A DNA stretch of 64,000 bases, from assembly GCA_977020255.1 (NCBI GenBank), contig CDROCS010001406.1, positions 62,001-126,000 on the forward strand, in the 5' to 3' direction. The notes under the pieces were generated by a model, which did no database searches, had not been told where the DNA came from, and saw nothing but the letters and a program-made list of their open reading frames with translations. Source of the stretch: Obrimoposthia wandeli (lineage: Eukaryota). The position numbers were made by a program, and so were the translations under genes. Position 1 is the first letter of the stretch, and each line of letters begins with the position of its first letter. Below are positions 35,501 to 50,500 of the stretch, in pieces.

Positions 35501-38500
35501 AGGCTAAAGAATGTGTATTTTGATTTTCAAATTTATATCGGAAGGGACCATAATTATGGAATTGACGATTGATCTTAGAGATCATAAAATAATAAACCAT
35601 AAAAGTAGGTGAAATATAAAGTTAAACAAAAACACCACTAAAAATAAAGGATGAACCACCAAAAATTGATTCTTTTATTACAACTAAATATTAATAAAAC
35701 AGTAAGTTACAAATAAAGACGTAATTCTATGGATTTTGAAATTGTGAGGTCAAGTACAGGATACAGAACACTCCATATTTTGAGATAACATGCTGAAAGA
35801 AGGTACAAAATTATTGACATACAGATTGCGATTCAAGTGTCAATCTGCCAAATGAAGAACTTCTGTGATAATGTTTTTCATCAGGAAAATTCCAGAATTA
35901 TTTTTCAGAAACTCTTGCTTTTACTAGAATACCACGTTGAAGCTTCAATATGTGTTCATCCAAATCGCATGCGCTCATCGGACTTCGATGGCATAGTTGC
36001 AGGAATTTCAACAGGTGGAAATGGCATCAATTCAACAAGACTGATGGAAGCTGCTTAATGTCTCGAAAGCGCTCTTCTAGTACCTGCTAAAGGTTATGTA
36101 GCTTAAAACAAAATGCATAATATTTGCATTTTCCAAATAGGCCATTTCTTTAAAATTCCTTTTCTAGTCTGCAACTTTGGCTTAAAGGAATTTGACATAT
36201 ATAATAATTGAGAGATTGTTTTATACTTGCACTTAAGTTTGGATTCTAAGCATTGCAATGATCTGAAAGAAAGTTAATTTTATCAATCACGATGTTTCAT
36301 GAAATATGTTTCAATACCACAATGACCATAGCCGTGACAACGGGCCTGTCTACGGCGAGCTTATACTCAAAGATGGGAATGCGGAAACGGAAGTGTGCAA
36401 TTTACCCAATGCGGCTAAAGAGGTCTTAAAATGAAAACACAGTGAACTCTACAAGCATAACTGAATAGCAGAAGTCGCTTGATAGACAGAAAGAGCAATA
36501 GAGCTTCCTCTAGTGTCAGCACCAATGGCCGCTGTTTATGTTTCTCGACACGTGTATTGCTTGCAGCAGTTGCAGAAAACATTAGACTCATATGTTCTTG
36601 CTAAACATCACCCGGTCATTCATAAACAATTACAAAATGCTATATGCATGTTACAACTTTATCTGTTTGTGTACTACAATTATGCAATATTTATTAAACA
36701 ATCTTTTGCGTACATTTTCTATTTTTTTGCTTCATAAATTAATGTATGAAATAAGTGTAGTGTAATCTGCAGTTTTCAAAAAATCAAGGAATGTCAAGAA
36801 ATATATGTGTATTTACAGAATCTATGATATGTTGAGTATCTGGTCTAAATTTTACATTTTATTAAATTCTATAATCAGCAATAAATTACAGTTAATTTGT
36901 TTTCATTTTAATTAAACTTTGAATTAAAATCAATTTTTTAACTGTAACTTAAATATGTTCTACACAGCTTTTGCAATAATTACGGGAATTTCTGTCAGAG
37001 CTAGAACATTTTATATTTTTTCAAAGTATAGTTTTTTAGCTATTATATTTTTTGGTAGAAATAAAGTTGATAATCCAATAATGTATCAGAATGATTAAAT
37101 ACCTCATAAAATTACATTTAATTAAAAATTATGTTCAGATATGAAGGAAGTCTTCCTTCTTAGATCAGTTGATTTGTGGTGAAAGTAGAAATAAGCCTTT
37201 TTCTATCGATGAGTTTGTAGTCATTCTTAATCTTTTCCACAAATATTTGGAAAGAACACATGAGGATTTGTGTAAAACAGATGGAAAATATTCATTAAAT
37301 GAACAACAGGATTATCTAAAACTTTTTATATATTTGAATAGGATTGCAGAATCTTATTATTTTATCATTCTGATTAGCTGAAAAAGGTAAATTGTTTGAT
37401 TTTATCTAATTTGATAAAAGTATAATAACCGTTAGACAAAGTTTAAAAATATAACTTCATATTGCTCTAAATATTATCACCCTTTATTTCCTAAGTACTT
37501 TTATAGTTCGGACCTAAGCTAAGGACAATAAAGTAATTTAATATTTTATTAATACAATAATTTATATTCACAGAAGTTTAAGAACGAGAGTAAAGCTTAG
37601 TTCACCAACCTCTTTAGGATCATCTGAAGGTATATTGTTGTCAGTGTAGAATTTCCGGATATAGTTCCAGAGTTCAGAGGTCCAGAAGAGGGTCTGTATG
37701 AGCTTGACATCGCTGAATTGCGGATCCCAGTGAATGTGACCCGTCGACACGCACAATTTCTTCCCACCCATTTCTTAAGGCAAATTAGAAGACGGGTTAA
37801 AGTACTCATTTTTCATGCACATGAAGTGATTGTGATTAATTCCTAAAAAACATGTTTTGCTGGAAAATTTTGTATTTTATAAGGACATTCATGTTGTATG
37901 GAAAAATGGGTTTAAATAACCTGAAATACAACTTAAACAGTATTATGAGTTATCTGAGGCTTTAAGGATCAGAAAATTTAAACCTAACCTCAGTAACTAA
38001 TCAATGTTTGAAACTCATTCCAGTTTTACAATAACATGTTTGGGTATACACAATATAGAAGTTGCTAGAGCTAGCAGATACAAAGTTCGTATCACCTAAG
38101 CTACATTTCCAGGGGATGGTTTTTAGCCGAAACAAGTTGCATAGATTTATATATTTTACCTGACATTATAAGCTTTTTTTACTCAATACATACATGTTAT
38201 AGACGACTCATTTTCTTATCAAACTTAGATTTTGGATAATTATACACAAGCATAAGATCCAATATATTTCAAGACAGCATTATTGATCAGTCTAGAAAAA
38301 TGTTCTTTAAATGTAAGCTTAAAAGAGTAAAATAAGATAAATATGTCATGAATATTGACCTTATTTCTGACATTGAGCATACAATTGATTGATTAGAGGT
38401 AAATTTTAAATACGAAGTATTGACAGGAGTATGATATATGATCCCATATAATAAAATTTTTTGTTCGTTCTTGTATAAGAAATGAATTATTATTTTTAAA

Positions 38501-41500
38501 CGCAATAGAATTATTTTACTCTAAACCTTACGAATTAATTTTTAGAGTTTCGTTAACAATTCCAATAGCTAAAAGTGCTCTGGGAAAAAACATATGTAAG
38601 CCACTGCTCTAGTATTTTCAAAAACAAACTATACAAAGTTTCATAGTTAAATCGAAGATCACATTTCTTGCAATATCAAACAATACATTTTTGTTGATAC
38701 ATTATTCTTGGAAGTGAAGTTGAAACTTCCTAGGAAGTCAATAATTGAAGTTATAGAATATTTTTGCATCACATCAGAGTTAACCTGAAACTCACTTGGA
38801 TCCTTGACTTCCAGAATAACACTGAGAGCAACATTGTCGCGATTCATGACCCTGTTCAACAACTCTGGAGCGGGGTTCTTGGAAACTCCAAAGCAGGAAA
38901 GCATAAATTCATGCGATATGTGGTCAAGTTTCTGGAAGCTGAGAAAGAACGATACAAGTTAGCAAAAGTCGTATCTCTTTAAGGAAACATACTGGTAATT
39001 TTATAGAGTAAGAATATTCGAAACATTGGGAAAGCACTTCATTTCAGTAAAAAGTAATTAATAAAGGTTCTAAATTAAACGCTACTAACCAGTCAACTTT
39101 CCAGAAAATGGCGCAGCCATCAACACATTTCGAATCACACTCCTGCATAGTTCTCGACCGGCTTTTTGGGATGAAAAGCCCATCATAGTTGCGCTGCTTT
39201 AGTTCCACCTTAAATACACTTTCGTACTGAGATGTTTCCAGTTCCTGAAAAACACAAACAATTATATTATTAAGGATAAAAAACCTTTCACTGATTTTTA
39301 AACATATTTTTGTTTGATTCAAATGAAATGAGACCATTAACTATTTATAATTTGTACACTTAAAGAATATGAGAAATACCCATCCAGCTAACTTTTAAAA
39401 TTCTTTAAAATATACATGTTCGATGACTTCATGGTTAAATAAACATACATCGCCCAATAAATATACGTTCTTTTCTTTATAACACAGAATGAGTTTTCAA
39501 AATAACGCAATCTTGATATAACAGTAGAAAATTATAAACTTTATTACTAATTATCCAGAAGACAAAATAATTTTAGTATTTTATTTTCAATTAATACAAT
39601 ATTAATTTTTACGTTTAATTATTGAAAGTGCATCTCTATAAATTTAACAATTTTTATTTATAATAACATTAAATTTTGGTAGAAATAGCTTTTTCATAAC
39701 TTTTTAATTAAATTATATATTCAATATATTAAAGAAATATTTTACTCAACATCATTTATAATATTTTCTAAAACAAAAAATATTTAATTGAACATTTTTG
39801 TAGCGTTTCAAATGTTACTCAAATGTTTTACAATTCTGATCGTCCATGTTGGAAACCTGCCCTTGTTAGTGCAGAATTTATTATTGACACTTACCGAAAC
39901 AAATAGAAATTAATTTGAAATGAAAAATTAAACAATTTTGAAGCTGATTTTTGAGTCGATTGTCATTGCTACATTGTAGGAAAAAAGAAAAAATCATCCG
40001 GATGTGGGCTGAATTCTGACTTGGGAAAACGGCTGCGAAACCATTCGTTTATTTCTGATTCACATGACATTTGTGAATAATATTAATGATAACAGTAATA
40101 ATAATTATCACAATTATAAAACTCTTAAATTAATCGGAAAGATAGCAGTAGAAAGGGAGAAATGAAATCCTCCTCCACATAATCATCATTGTGGCTAGAA
40201 GGCACCATATGCGCGCCCAGGGGTTGGAAAAGGGCACGACTAGCAACCAAGCAGAAGGCCGGTAACCAAGACACACAGGCAGCAACATAAACAGTTTGGG
40301 AGTAGAATGCCTAGCTACTACACTATCTGAACCAGCACAGGAAAGCCCATTCCAGTTTGAGGCAAGTTTTCGTGAGTCGATTAGCTCAAAGTACATTTGT
40401 GGTCACGACCAAATTATCTAATTTTAATACATAAGTTTGAGTGCATTTCATTTGTAATATTCAGTTTTCGATATTACTATGTTCTATTTATATCTTCATT
40501 TCGATACGGGCTTCTTTGAATATGTGAGCAGTTGTTCTGAAGTTTGAAAACAAATGCTACAATATGTCATATATAGGTCAAAATAACTATTCCAACTTTG
40601 AACTGATATATTTTAAATATAATACAAACTTTGTGAAACTTTATTGAAAATGATCATTTTTACATATTATACCATGATAGGACCTTCAATTTGAGAGGGT
40701 GGGTCCAAAGTCTTGGGAAAGAGGAAAAATTCAACTCTGAAAACACTAATTTATTGGACTACTAATTAAATTCTGAAATTTCAACCAATCCTGTTTTCTC
40801 TATTAAAAGCCGACTATAATAGTAGCACACTCCAATATATGCCCATCTTCAATAGTGCATATGAATTAAGAGGCTAAGAGGCCTTGTATCAGAGCAAATA
40901 CGGTTTACCATTAAGTTAATTTTATTTAAAACTACATTATTAAGTTTAAAAGCGTTTTCCTAGATTGTTGACATATAAAACTTAAGAGAATTTATCAATC
41001 TCAGATTTTTATAATATTCAAAATTTTATTTATCCTAACACAACTTGGTTGACAACATCCTTGCTTCCCATATTCATTAATCTGATAGATAATCGTACAT
41101 TTATACTTATTTATTATTATAACCCCAGTTTTAATTACTTATTACTTATTACTTTTATTCGTATTTTTTGGCCATTATTTAAATCCCAGTAAATTTTAAA
41201 GGTTTATAATTCTTCTTGACATTACGTAGCATCAAAATGACAAACATTACGTAGAATTTAAAATTGGAAAATAATCAACACAAATTATGAAAGTAACATT
41301 TAAACGATCTCTATTGCTGATTTTTTGGAGCTATTATTTTAACTTGAAACTTATTTTTGAGAGTTTTCTGTAAATATGATAAAGATTGGTGATTTCCGCT
41401 TCGATAACTTTATATGGTCAAATAGATATTAGCTAAATGAAAAAAGTTTTTTTCTAATAAATTGATAATTTGTTTTATTTAAATGATAAATAAATGAATC

Positions 41501-44500
41501 TTAACAATATAATCAAATAACAAAGATGATCACAATGCATACTATGGTCATACGATTTTGTATTAGGTGAACAGTTCAAAATATTTTTAAACAATTTCAA
41601 TTACTTTTTTATTTTTTTATTGACAGTTAGTCAATTTTTTGAATTTGATTTGAAAGATTATTTGTTTAACAATCAATTTTAGTGTATGTGTGATAAATAA
41701 TCAAGCAAATAATCACAAATTTAAGCCTTAAATTTTCTTTTAAAATCGTGTCCAGATTAGCGGCAATTTTAGCGTAAAGAGGAAAGAAAAACTGCAACTT
41801 GAATATAACAGTTTTTAAAGACGACCAAAGCACGAAAAGGGCCTTAAGAAGTTTAAACGCTTTTCCGGGCCTTAATTATAATATTGAAGAATTCAGAAGA
41901 CACATCAAGATTTTATGTTTAAAAAATACTGCTGTTAACTACTCAGTTACTTATTTGTAAATGCTTTTTAAAATTCCTCAAAACATTTAATTAAATGAAC
42001 ACTAGTTCGAAATTATCTTTATTCATCTGATTCAATCGAAAAATTATTGGATGATTTTGAATTCAAAATTGCGTTGGCATATTCAGTTTTCAAACGAAAA
42101 AAATTTACTTAATATATGAATTTTATTTGATGGATTAAGAAGATTTAACTTTTACACTAGTTTTAATGATGCATGCAACTGCTTACTAATTCCTGAGAAT
42201 TTCAGCCCTCAATAGGTCGGAAATATAGAAGAATGGTTTGCAAAATTACCACTTCCATTGTAGTGAAGGCAGCTTCTTATTTAGTCTACAAATATATGAG
42301 CAAAAACAGCTGATATTTTCCTAATGTTTGAATTTCTCACAAACTTGTGTATTTGTTTCTGTTCTAGAGTACTTTAGTGGTGAGTGACCTTACTGTGGAC
42401 ATATAAATTATTTGCCAGAAATCATAACTACTACACCTATTAAACCAATCAACGTTCTTCCGAGAGACTGTGAAGAAGCATTTCGAACAGGAAGAATACG
42501 AATAGACTACATACGCACCTGTAGCGAAAGTTGGTTTGGGACGATATGAAACAGTTACGAATAGGAAAACGATGGAATGAAGTATCTTGTAGAGGAGAAA
42601 AAGATATGTACGAGTTGAGGTCGCATCTTTAGTACTACGTCGTGTCACACAGGCAAATCCACAATAATGTATCACGTAGACCCACGATGTTCGTTAATAT
42701 TACTAAAAAAACTCAAATTTAAAAAAATAACAGATTTTCTGTATAATAAAGGAGGTCCTGAATATCATTACATAACAGGACCAATTCCCATCTCCCAGGC
42801 ATTATTAATGGCAAAATCCGCCAAAGAAAGATTAATATTTGTTAAAACATAGGATAAAGCGCGATGTGAAATAAAAGTTAGTACTACAAACTATCCTGAA
42901 ATAGTTCTTTCAAAAGAAACAATAGATATGGCTAAAGTTAAAATAAGTCCCAAAAAAATTCATTTACATACGTATTTTAACAACAAAATAAACTTATATT
43001 ATCACAAAGCATTAAAACAGATAAACAACTGTATCAGATGATGGTAGAGAGATTGCTAGTTAAATAAAAAGATAAGACCAAATTTGGCACAGGCTATTAC
43101 GAATCCAGACATGATAGCATCACTATTACTCTGAGACGAAGGAGTATTTGCTATAACCATGGGAGAAGTACTGTAAACTTGATGTTTCGGTAATATTGAG
43201 AAAGACAGAACACTGTACAAATAAATTATCAGTAACATAAAACAAAAGATCATTTTGTGGAACCAATAACAAGAATGGTACTTCCAAAAGACAGTCCATC
43301 TAAACAAATTAGTTGGTCTAATATAATGACACCTGAATACCAACGAGATATATCGAGAGATTTATGGATAAGATTACTTGACCGTAAACGAACAGCGACT
43401 CCAAAAATTATTTTAAAAATGACAACACTAAAACGTAAGATGTAGTTCGAAGCTGTAAGGAATGTTGAAAATGCAGGTTTATACAATGAGAAAATTTTAA
43501 AAGCGGCCTGGAACGAAATTATATTTTCAGTTAGGGCCAATGTACTCATAGATATGGTATATCGTACATTGCCCACAGGAGTTACATATGCGAATTTTGA
43601 TATGATTTTGTCAGCAAGTCACTTCAAAGAAGCGCACACATTCACTAAGGAAGATGTGGTGAAAATTCCTCATTTTAGGACAATTATTCTCAGGCATAAT
43701 TGGAATTTATGTCATAATTAAATTTTTTTTTAAATAATTATAACACAGATATTATCCACATATACTTTGTACAGGATAACCGGAAACCCCTGGCTACTTA
43801 TAATAGGATGTTTTCCATTTTTAGCGAAATATCTAATGTACCATCATCACGAGAATGAATTACATTTTTGACATTAAATGGATGTCAGTATCTTTTAAAT
43901 ATAATTCGACTTTTCATGTCGGTAAAGTTCATCAACATTGCCGATTTTTATGATTATTTTTCGTTTCCTAATGAATGTAAAAATAAAACCAAGCAGTTGT
44001 ACAATTTGAGAACAATTTGCCTATAATTTAGATGCTGTTTCAACAAAAAAAAGTACAAGTTTTAATGTACACTACATCATTATTCAAAAAATAAAAGTCA
44101 GGACTTCCAAAATTTGAGTTCAACAGTCAAAATCATAAATTAGTCTGTTACTAAATTTATATAGTATAAATTAAAAATAATAATTTAATAGCGCACAGAT
44201 AATAAATTTAACCAAATAAACAAAAAATTATTTGTTACTTATTTGGTAAGAAATTATATGATTATTTCACTATTTAAATTTTACGCCTGCTTTTTCAGAG
44301 TCAGTTACATGAAAATAATTGTGTTTTTTAAATACGCAAAACCCTCTTTTTCTTAAGGATTAATCTAGGAAAAATGTTTTTTATATATAAATATATATTT
44401 AGTTAACATTAAGTAAAGAAGCAGTTTACATGTTTTTAAGTCTACTTTAGATCAATTATGATATGTTACATGTCTAACATTCGTCCTATTTACAAAATTG

Positions 44501-47500
44501 TATAACACGAAAATTCCAAACAAAGCATTATATTTTTAAATTTATTATCAAAGAACAATTTCAGTAAGAACTATATGGAGCAAGTGTTACACATTACAAT
44601 AATTCATTTTTTATACTTTGAGCATCGTTTGACATGAGATAATGCTGATTTATATAAAGCACATACAACCTTCCACATCATATTAGATAATACTAAAATG
44701 AGATTGTATGTTATTATCAAATGAAATTTTCAATAGGAAATTTTCTAGAAATATTTTTCTACGCTAAACTTGATTTTGTTCATGTTATAAATATGTAATG
44801 TCCTTCCTCAAGGGTTTATTTTACATAGATTTTGGAGAAACTGTTAGGTTTCTTACTCGTCTTTAAGATAAACTATAGTTTAACATTATATATCAGATGC
44901 AGGCAACATATGGCCCGCGGGTCGTATGTTGCCTATATATAGATTTCGTACGACCCACCAAGTGTTTCATATGAAATCAATAAATACAACCTCATTTATT
45001 GAACATATTTTTTGTCAATAAATAATATGGAAACTTTAATTAAAAAAGTCTTTGTTAATTTAAAAAAAAAAAAGAAAAGTGAAAACACTGTTAAAGACCC
45101 GTGTTACAATGGTTCCCCACCTTTGTTCTATAAGGTGAGGATCCGAAGTTCGCAAAACTGACTATGTATTTTGCAACTGTTTTCAATTTCGAACGTAAAC
45201 TTTTGTGCTATCTTACTTTCCGACTCTTTGATGATTAAAGCGCAGCAAAAGTTTATCTAAAATAGGAGATTTTGAAAAATCTATTTAAAAATAGTTTTAT
45301 TTAATGATTAATCAACTTTTAAGATAGATTAAGAAAATTTTAGAATTGTGTTGTAAATTCCTTCTTCATTTCTTCGGAGTCTTACCATATAAAACGTCAA
45401 ACAACAGTTTATCTTAAAGACGAGTAATACATTTTGGCAACAGTTTCTCAAAAATATATTTGAAAGACATATTTTATAAGGAGGTTTTATGTATTTTAAA
45501 AAATACACTTTTGAATTTGACTGAAAAACTAAACTTTTTTAAAAATTTTCTGACCACTTGATTGTGTAACGTTTTTCAATCTAGATTAGTTTTCTGAGTA
45601 AAATAAAAGTTGTTTCAGCTGTACTACTAATTGGCGATATAAAGATTTAATAGCATAATTTCACCAATAAAAGAACTTTTTATAGTCATTCTTTCAGTCA
45701 CCAATTGAAAATACAGATTTTCTTGATTGTTACTGTACATTTTTAAAGCGTTCTGTGTAAAACTCTAACCTGAAGACAGATTATGTCTGCATTGTACTTC
45801 CAGATCTCCTCGATGATGCCACGTTTCCTGTACTCCCAGTCGAGCGCGAATGGCGGGCAGTAGGGATACTGATTGGCTGTGGCGTACTTTTGACACAGCA
45901 CGTTGTAGCACATGAGAGTGAACGTTACTGAAACAGGTAAATCGATAGTGGTCAGTGATTAGCACAAGACTTACGGCCTCCCATGGGTTCTTGGATTGTA
46001 TGCCACGTTCTTTCCGGAGGAGCGTTGATCTTATCTGTAAGAGAACTTTGATAAGGATACAAATTCAGTAGTTCTAGACTTGACTATTCGGTTAATCTCT
46101 GTCGTGCGGAATACTCTAATCCGACTCATCTCTATTTTAATACATTTGAAATTTCTTAAATTTTTCGAAATGATAAAAAATTTAAAGAATTGTTTTTCAA
46201 AACGTTTTTATTTTTCATAAATAACATAATTTTTTTTCAATATATTCAAATAATTCTTTTTTTGTCGTTTCACAATTATCTTCAGAAATATGAATCTTAT
46301 ATTTATTTCATTTCATTTTCAACTGTAGTGAAGTCTTTTACAATTGATAAAAAAACATTTAGGTTTCTCAAAATATATGTAATGAGCTTTTCTTTTTCAA
46401 ATCGAATTATGACTTAATTATTAAAAACAAGGAGTTTGATAATTTTAAATAAGTTTATATGGAGAAATTTTCATTTAAACGATAGAATTTTTATCTTTAT
46501 TTTTTAAATGACCTAACAAAACCTTTATGAAGAAAATAAATACATAATATATTTTTATTTAAAAACATCAATTTCAAATTCTGTCACCCTTTTGATAATC
46601 CCTAAGTATATTTCATTCCAATTTATACATAGGTTCTTCCATATTAATCATTCCGCTTTTATGTGATCAAAATACAAAAATGTTATTGTCTTTGAAACTA
46701 TGGTACATCATATACGTTGTCTTTAAGAATTTTCCATATACAATTTCCATAAAAAATTAGGTCAGGCTCCTATTTCACTATTTGTGTGCTCATAAAACAC
46801 ACCAAGTTCTGATCACAATATACGACCTTGCATTATCAAGTTGATATGTTAACGTTGAGCCTAAAGTTTCTCTTATTGTAGGCTAAATATAATCCTATAT
46901 TAACGTATATTTTTGACCATCTAGTCTCATAATTTTGTATACTCACTTGAATTTATATATCCATAAACAAACACTCCTTCTCCATTAAAGCATCTAAGAT
47001 CTCCTGTTTATTTATTTTTTATTCATCAAGTACCCAGCTTTAAAAATGAAAGAACTATCAAGGGAAGAACTTACTTCATCGTTAAATTGAATATTAGAAC
47101 ATTTGATTTATTATACCATTCTTTAACCTTTAAAACTTTGCAATGCTTTTGTTGCTTATTTTATAATTTTCTTTCTTATATTTCCTATAGCAAATTTTCA
47201 GAAAAGTTTGCAGTTAAAACTGTACGTTTTCTGAAATATTCATTCTTTTAGATGCTGTTATTTCCATAATTTTTATCTTGTTTATACTTTTAACTAGTTG
47301 GGGAACTAACGACTTTGATTCTTAAGGCTTCTTACAGTTAAACACCGATAATGCATACAACATATTTTGCGTTCAAATTTCAAAATCCCCTATAAAATAC
47401 ACGCATAGAACATTGTATTATGCGTACACGGATAACGCATAGAATATGAAATTATTTAATGTTAATTACAATGAAGAATGGGTTAATACTTCTTTATAAT

Positions 47501-50500
47501 TTTAATTAGTTTATCACTTTAACTATCGATATTTTAAAGTACATGGGCTTTTGTTTCATATTGTATTTTCCAAGGAGTTTACGAGATATTCGAAGTGGGT
47601 GAAAAATCAGACTTATATATATGAAGAATTCAAATTGTTCAGATCAGCGATGTCTACCATTATGAAGAGAAATGCTGACAAAATCAGAGGCTTACATCAG
47701 CGAATATGGAGAAAAAGTGAATAAAGCTTTCTACATACTCGTTGCTAGAAGACGTACTTTTAAAATCATAATCAGATGCTACAATACAATAATTACTTAT
47801 CGAAGACACGCAAACGAGTCATTGAACCCGAAAAACAGCTCATACATGTATTACAGATTTCTTCAAATGACTTTTTGAGAGCTAACTGATTTCTTTCAAA
47901 ACAATACTTACAAAATGTTTTTGATTTTATTAGTTAAAAAGAGATGAACTAGTCACGATTACCAGAAATGCATTAATTTATAATAATATTATTTTTTTTA
48001 TTATTCGAAGAATGCTACAAATTAGCTACGTTTTCGGGTAATTTCGATTTTTGACTTCAAATGAAATTTTTGTAATCGAATTATTATTTTTATATTCCTT
48101 TAAAATTTTAGTTTTCATATATTCCAGTATTGCTTTAACATTAAATCACTTCATCTAGAATATATTTTTGTATTAATTAATGTTTATTATAGCATAAATT
48201 GTAAGTTTAGAAAAATGTATTCGCTAAATAAAATTTCAAAAAATTACACGTTTTGATACATTTTACTACATACTTTTCAAGTCTTTAGGAATAATTATTT
48301 TACAATTCATTCTTATATGAAAATATGTATATATGAAATATGATGTGTTTTAAACAACTAAATAAAAATTATATAAAAATTTTAATTTGTTCGTCAATAA
48401 TGATTTGTGTTTACATTGTTTAGAAATCACGTGGAAATGTGATACAGAGATGTGATATTTTGTTAATAAACATGCAGATTTTAATCAAGTCATTAGATTG
48501 AATATAATTGCTTAAAGTATCTTCTGAATTGAACCGATACCTGAAAAATTCATCCTGAAACAGCGTATTTTTCTGCAACGTTTGTGCAAACAGCGACAGA
48601 CTTTCCACACGTTTCTGACGTAATTCTATCCCACCAAACTATACAAGAAACATATAAGGAAATTGCCATACAGACACCATTCATGCGTGCCACTAAATGA
48701 TATAACCTTGTCAAACATTGAATATTAAGTGGTCACAATCATAAACCCAACAGAGTATCTAAATTATCATTGAGATCATAAAAATACACTGCAAGTAGAC
48801 CTAAATAGAGAAGGTCTGAAAAGGCACTTTAATGTTTAAAAATGCATGAAGAAAGATATTTATTTTAAATAAAAAATAAAATACAAACCTTAAAATTTAA
48901 TTTCATGCACTCACATGATGTTTGTGATCTTTTTGTTCTTTAAAAAGTTGTGAATGGAAGAATGTGTAAAATCCGTGCCACTCATGCCCGAATTTTAATC
49001 TGTGGCGTTCAAGTAAGACATTCTAATAAAAGAATTACAAGCCCATATCATATGTTTATGGTGTTGAACAGTGCAGATGGTGATTATGTTATCAAAGTTT
49101 TAGAGTTTTTTTACGAAAATCCACCACAAAATCAACATTGCTAAGAGTTCGATTGGTGATATTTTAAAATATATGCTTCAAATAAAGACTTTCGAATTTC
49201 ACATGTGTATCAGCTTTTAGAGGAAGACTTACAAACAAGAACCCTCTTTTGCACTGACATGATGGAAATGTGTTTTCCTAAAGATAATGTAGCTTACAAT
49301 GATTTTATTTCTGAAAGTTCTGGAATAGTCAATATAATTTTTTCCTTTTGTTTTACTGTTTCCTGATAATTTCTCTACTTGAGTTTACGAAATTCCTTAT
49401 TATTTGTTTTTGTATTCACTCATTTATTTCTTATTAACGACATATCTAATGTGTACCAGGTGTCCCACGGCGGCCGTCCGAACCCAAAATTCATAAGAAA
49501 ATAGCATGATAATGATCAGTTATCTACAAAATAATAAATTACTATATAAATAATATAGTTTATTTTCAATCTCACAACAATTTTCTATATCGCCTATCGT
49601 CTATGTATAGCAGGAGATTTCCAGTATCATAATTTCTATTTATTAAACGACATAGGTAAACATATTTCTATGTCGGTTAGGAAACATTCGAAGCCGTCTG
49701 ATGACAAATAGGAGCGCAAAATTAGGTGTTAGGAAATATAATTTTTTCTCGTAACATGTAATTGTTATATTGAAATTAAATTGGAAAATGTCACCTTGCT
49801 TTAACAAATAGGAGTGTTTATTCCAGAAAAGTGTCCTAAAGTACTGCATTCGCGATACGGCAAATTCTAATGCAATTTTCCCGTGTCAAATTTTACAGAG
49901 TATATTTATATAAGAATGTGACACATAAAGAATGTAGGCTGTTAGCGCTGTCATTTTTTATAAATTAGACCCTAAAAACTGAAGAATACTTCAAGTTTGG
50001 TTAGCCAGAAATTTTTCAAGGCATAATTTCCAATCCCATGATTGTTTAAGACATGATTTAATTATTGGTAAGATGCTTCATTCATTGTAAAGAGGTCGTG
50101 CAACTGTTTGCTAGATATTCTTGTAGGTCCAGATGCAAGATCAACTCAAGCGAATACTGAAAACAAAAAAAACAAAAAAACTTAGGGTCGCTAATTGGCA
50201 TGTGTATATAAATTACATTTGACTGCAGATTAGTTTAATAAATGCTCTTAAGTAGCCATCCGTTACGACGATTTTCAGAGAATTGTCACTACAAATAATT
50301 GTATTTATAATATATCACCGAAACAATTAAACTCAAAAATGTAATTTTAGATTTCAACATCATTCTAAAGCATAATTTTTAAGTAACTACGATATTTTAA
50401 AAATGTATTCCAAATAAATATATCAAAAAACTATATATAATAATTGATATGAAAGGTTATTATTAAAGTTTTCAAAATTATATTCATTTTCTTCAATACA

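Noticed and set aside
40130-40420. GC-richer island with an 88-aa ORF in a CCR4 intron
   Set aside because: No CCR4 sequence is missing between the flanking exons and no motif was recognised; likely TE debris.
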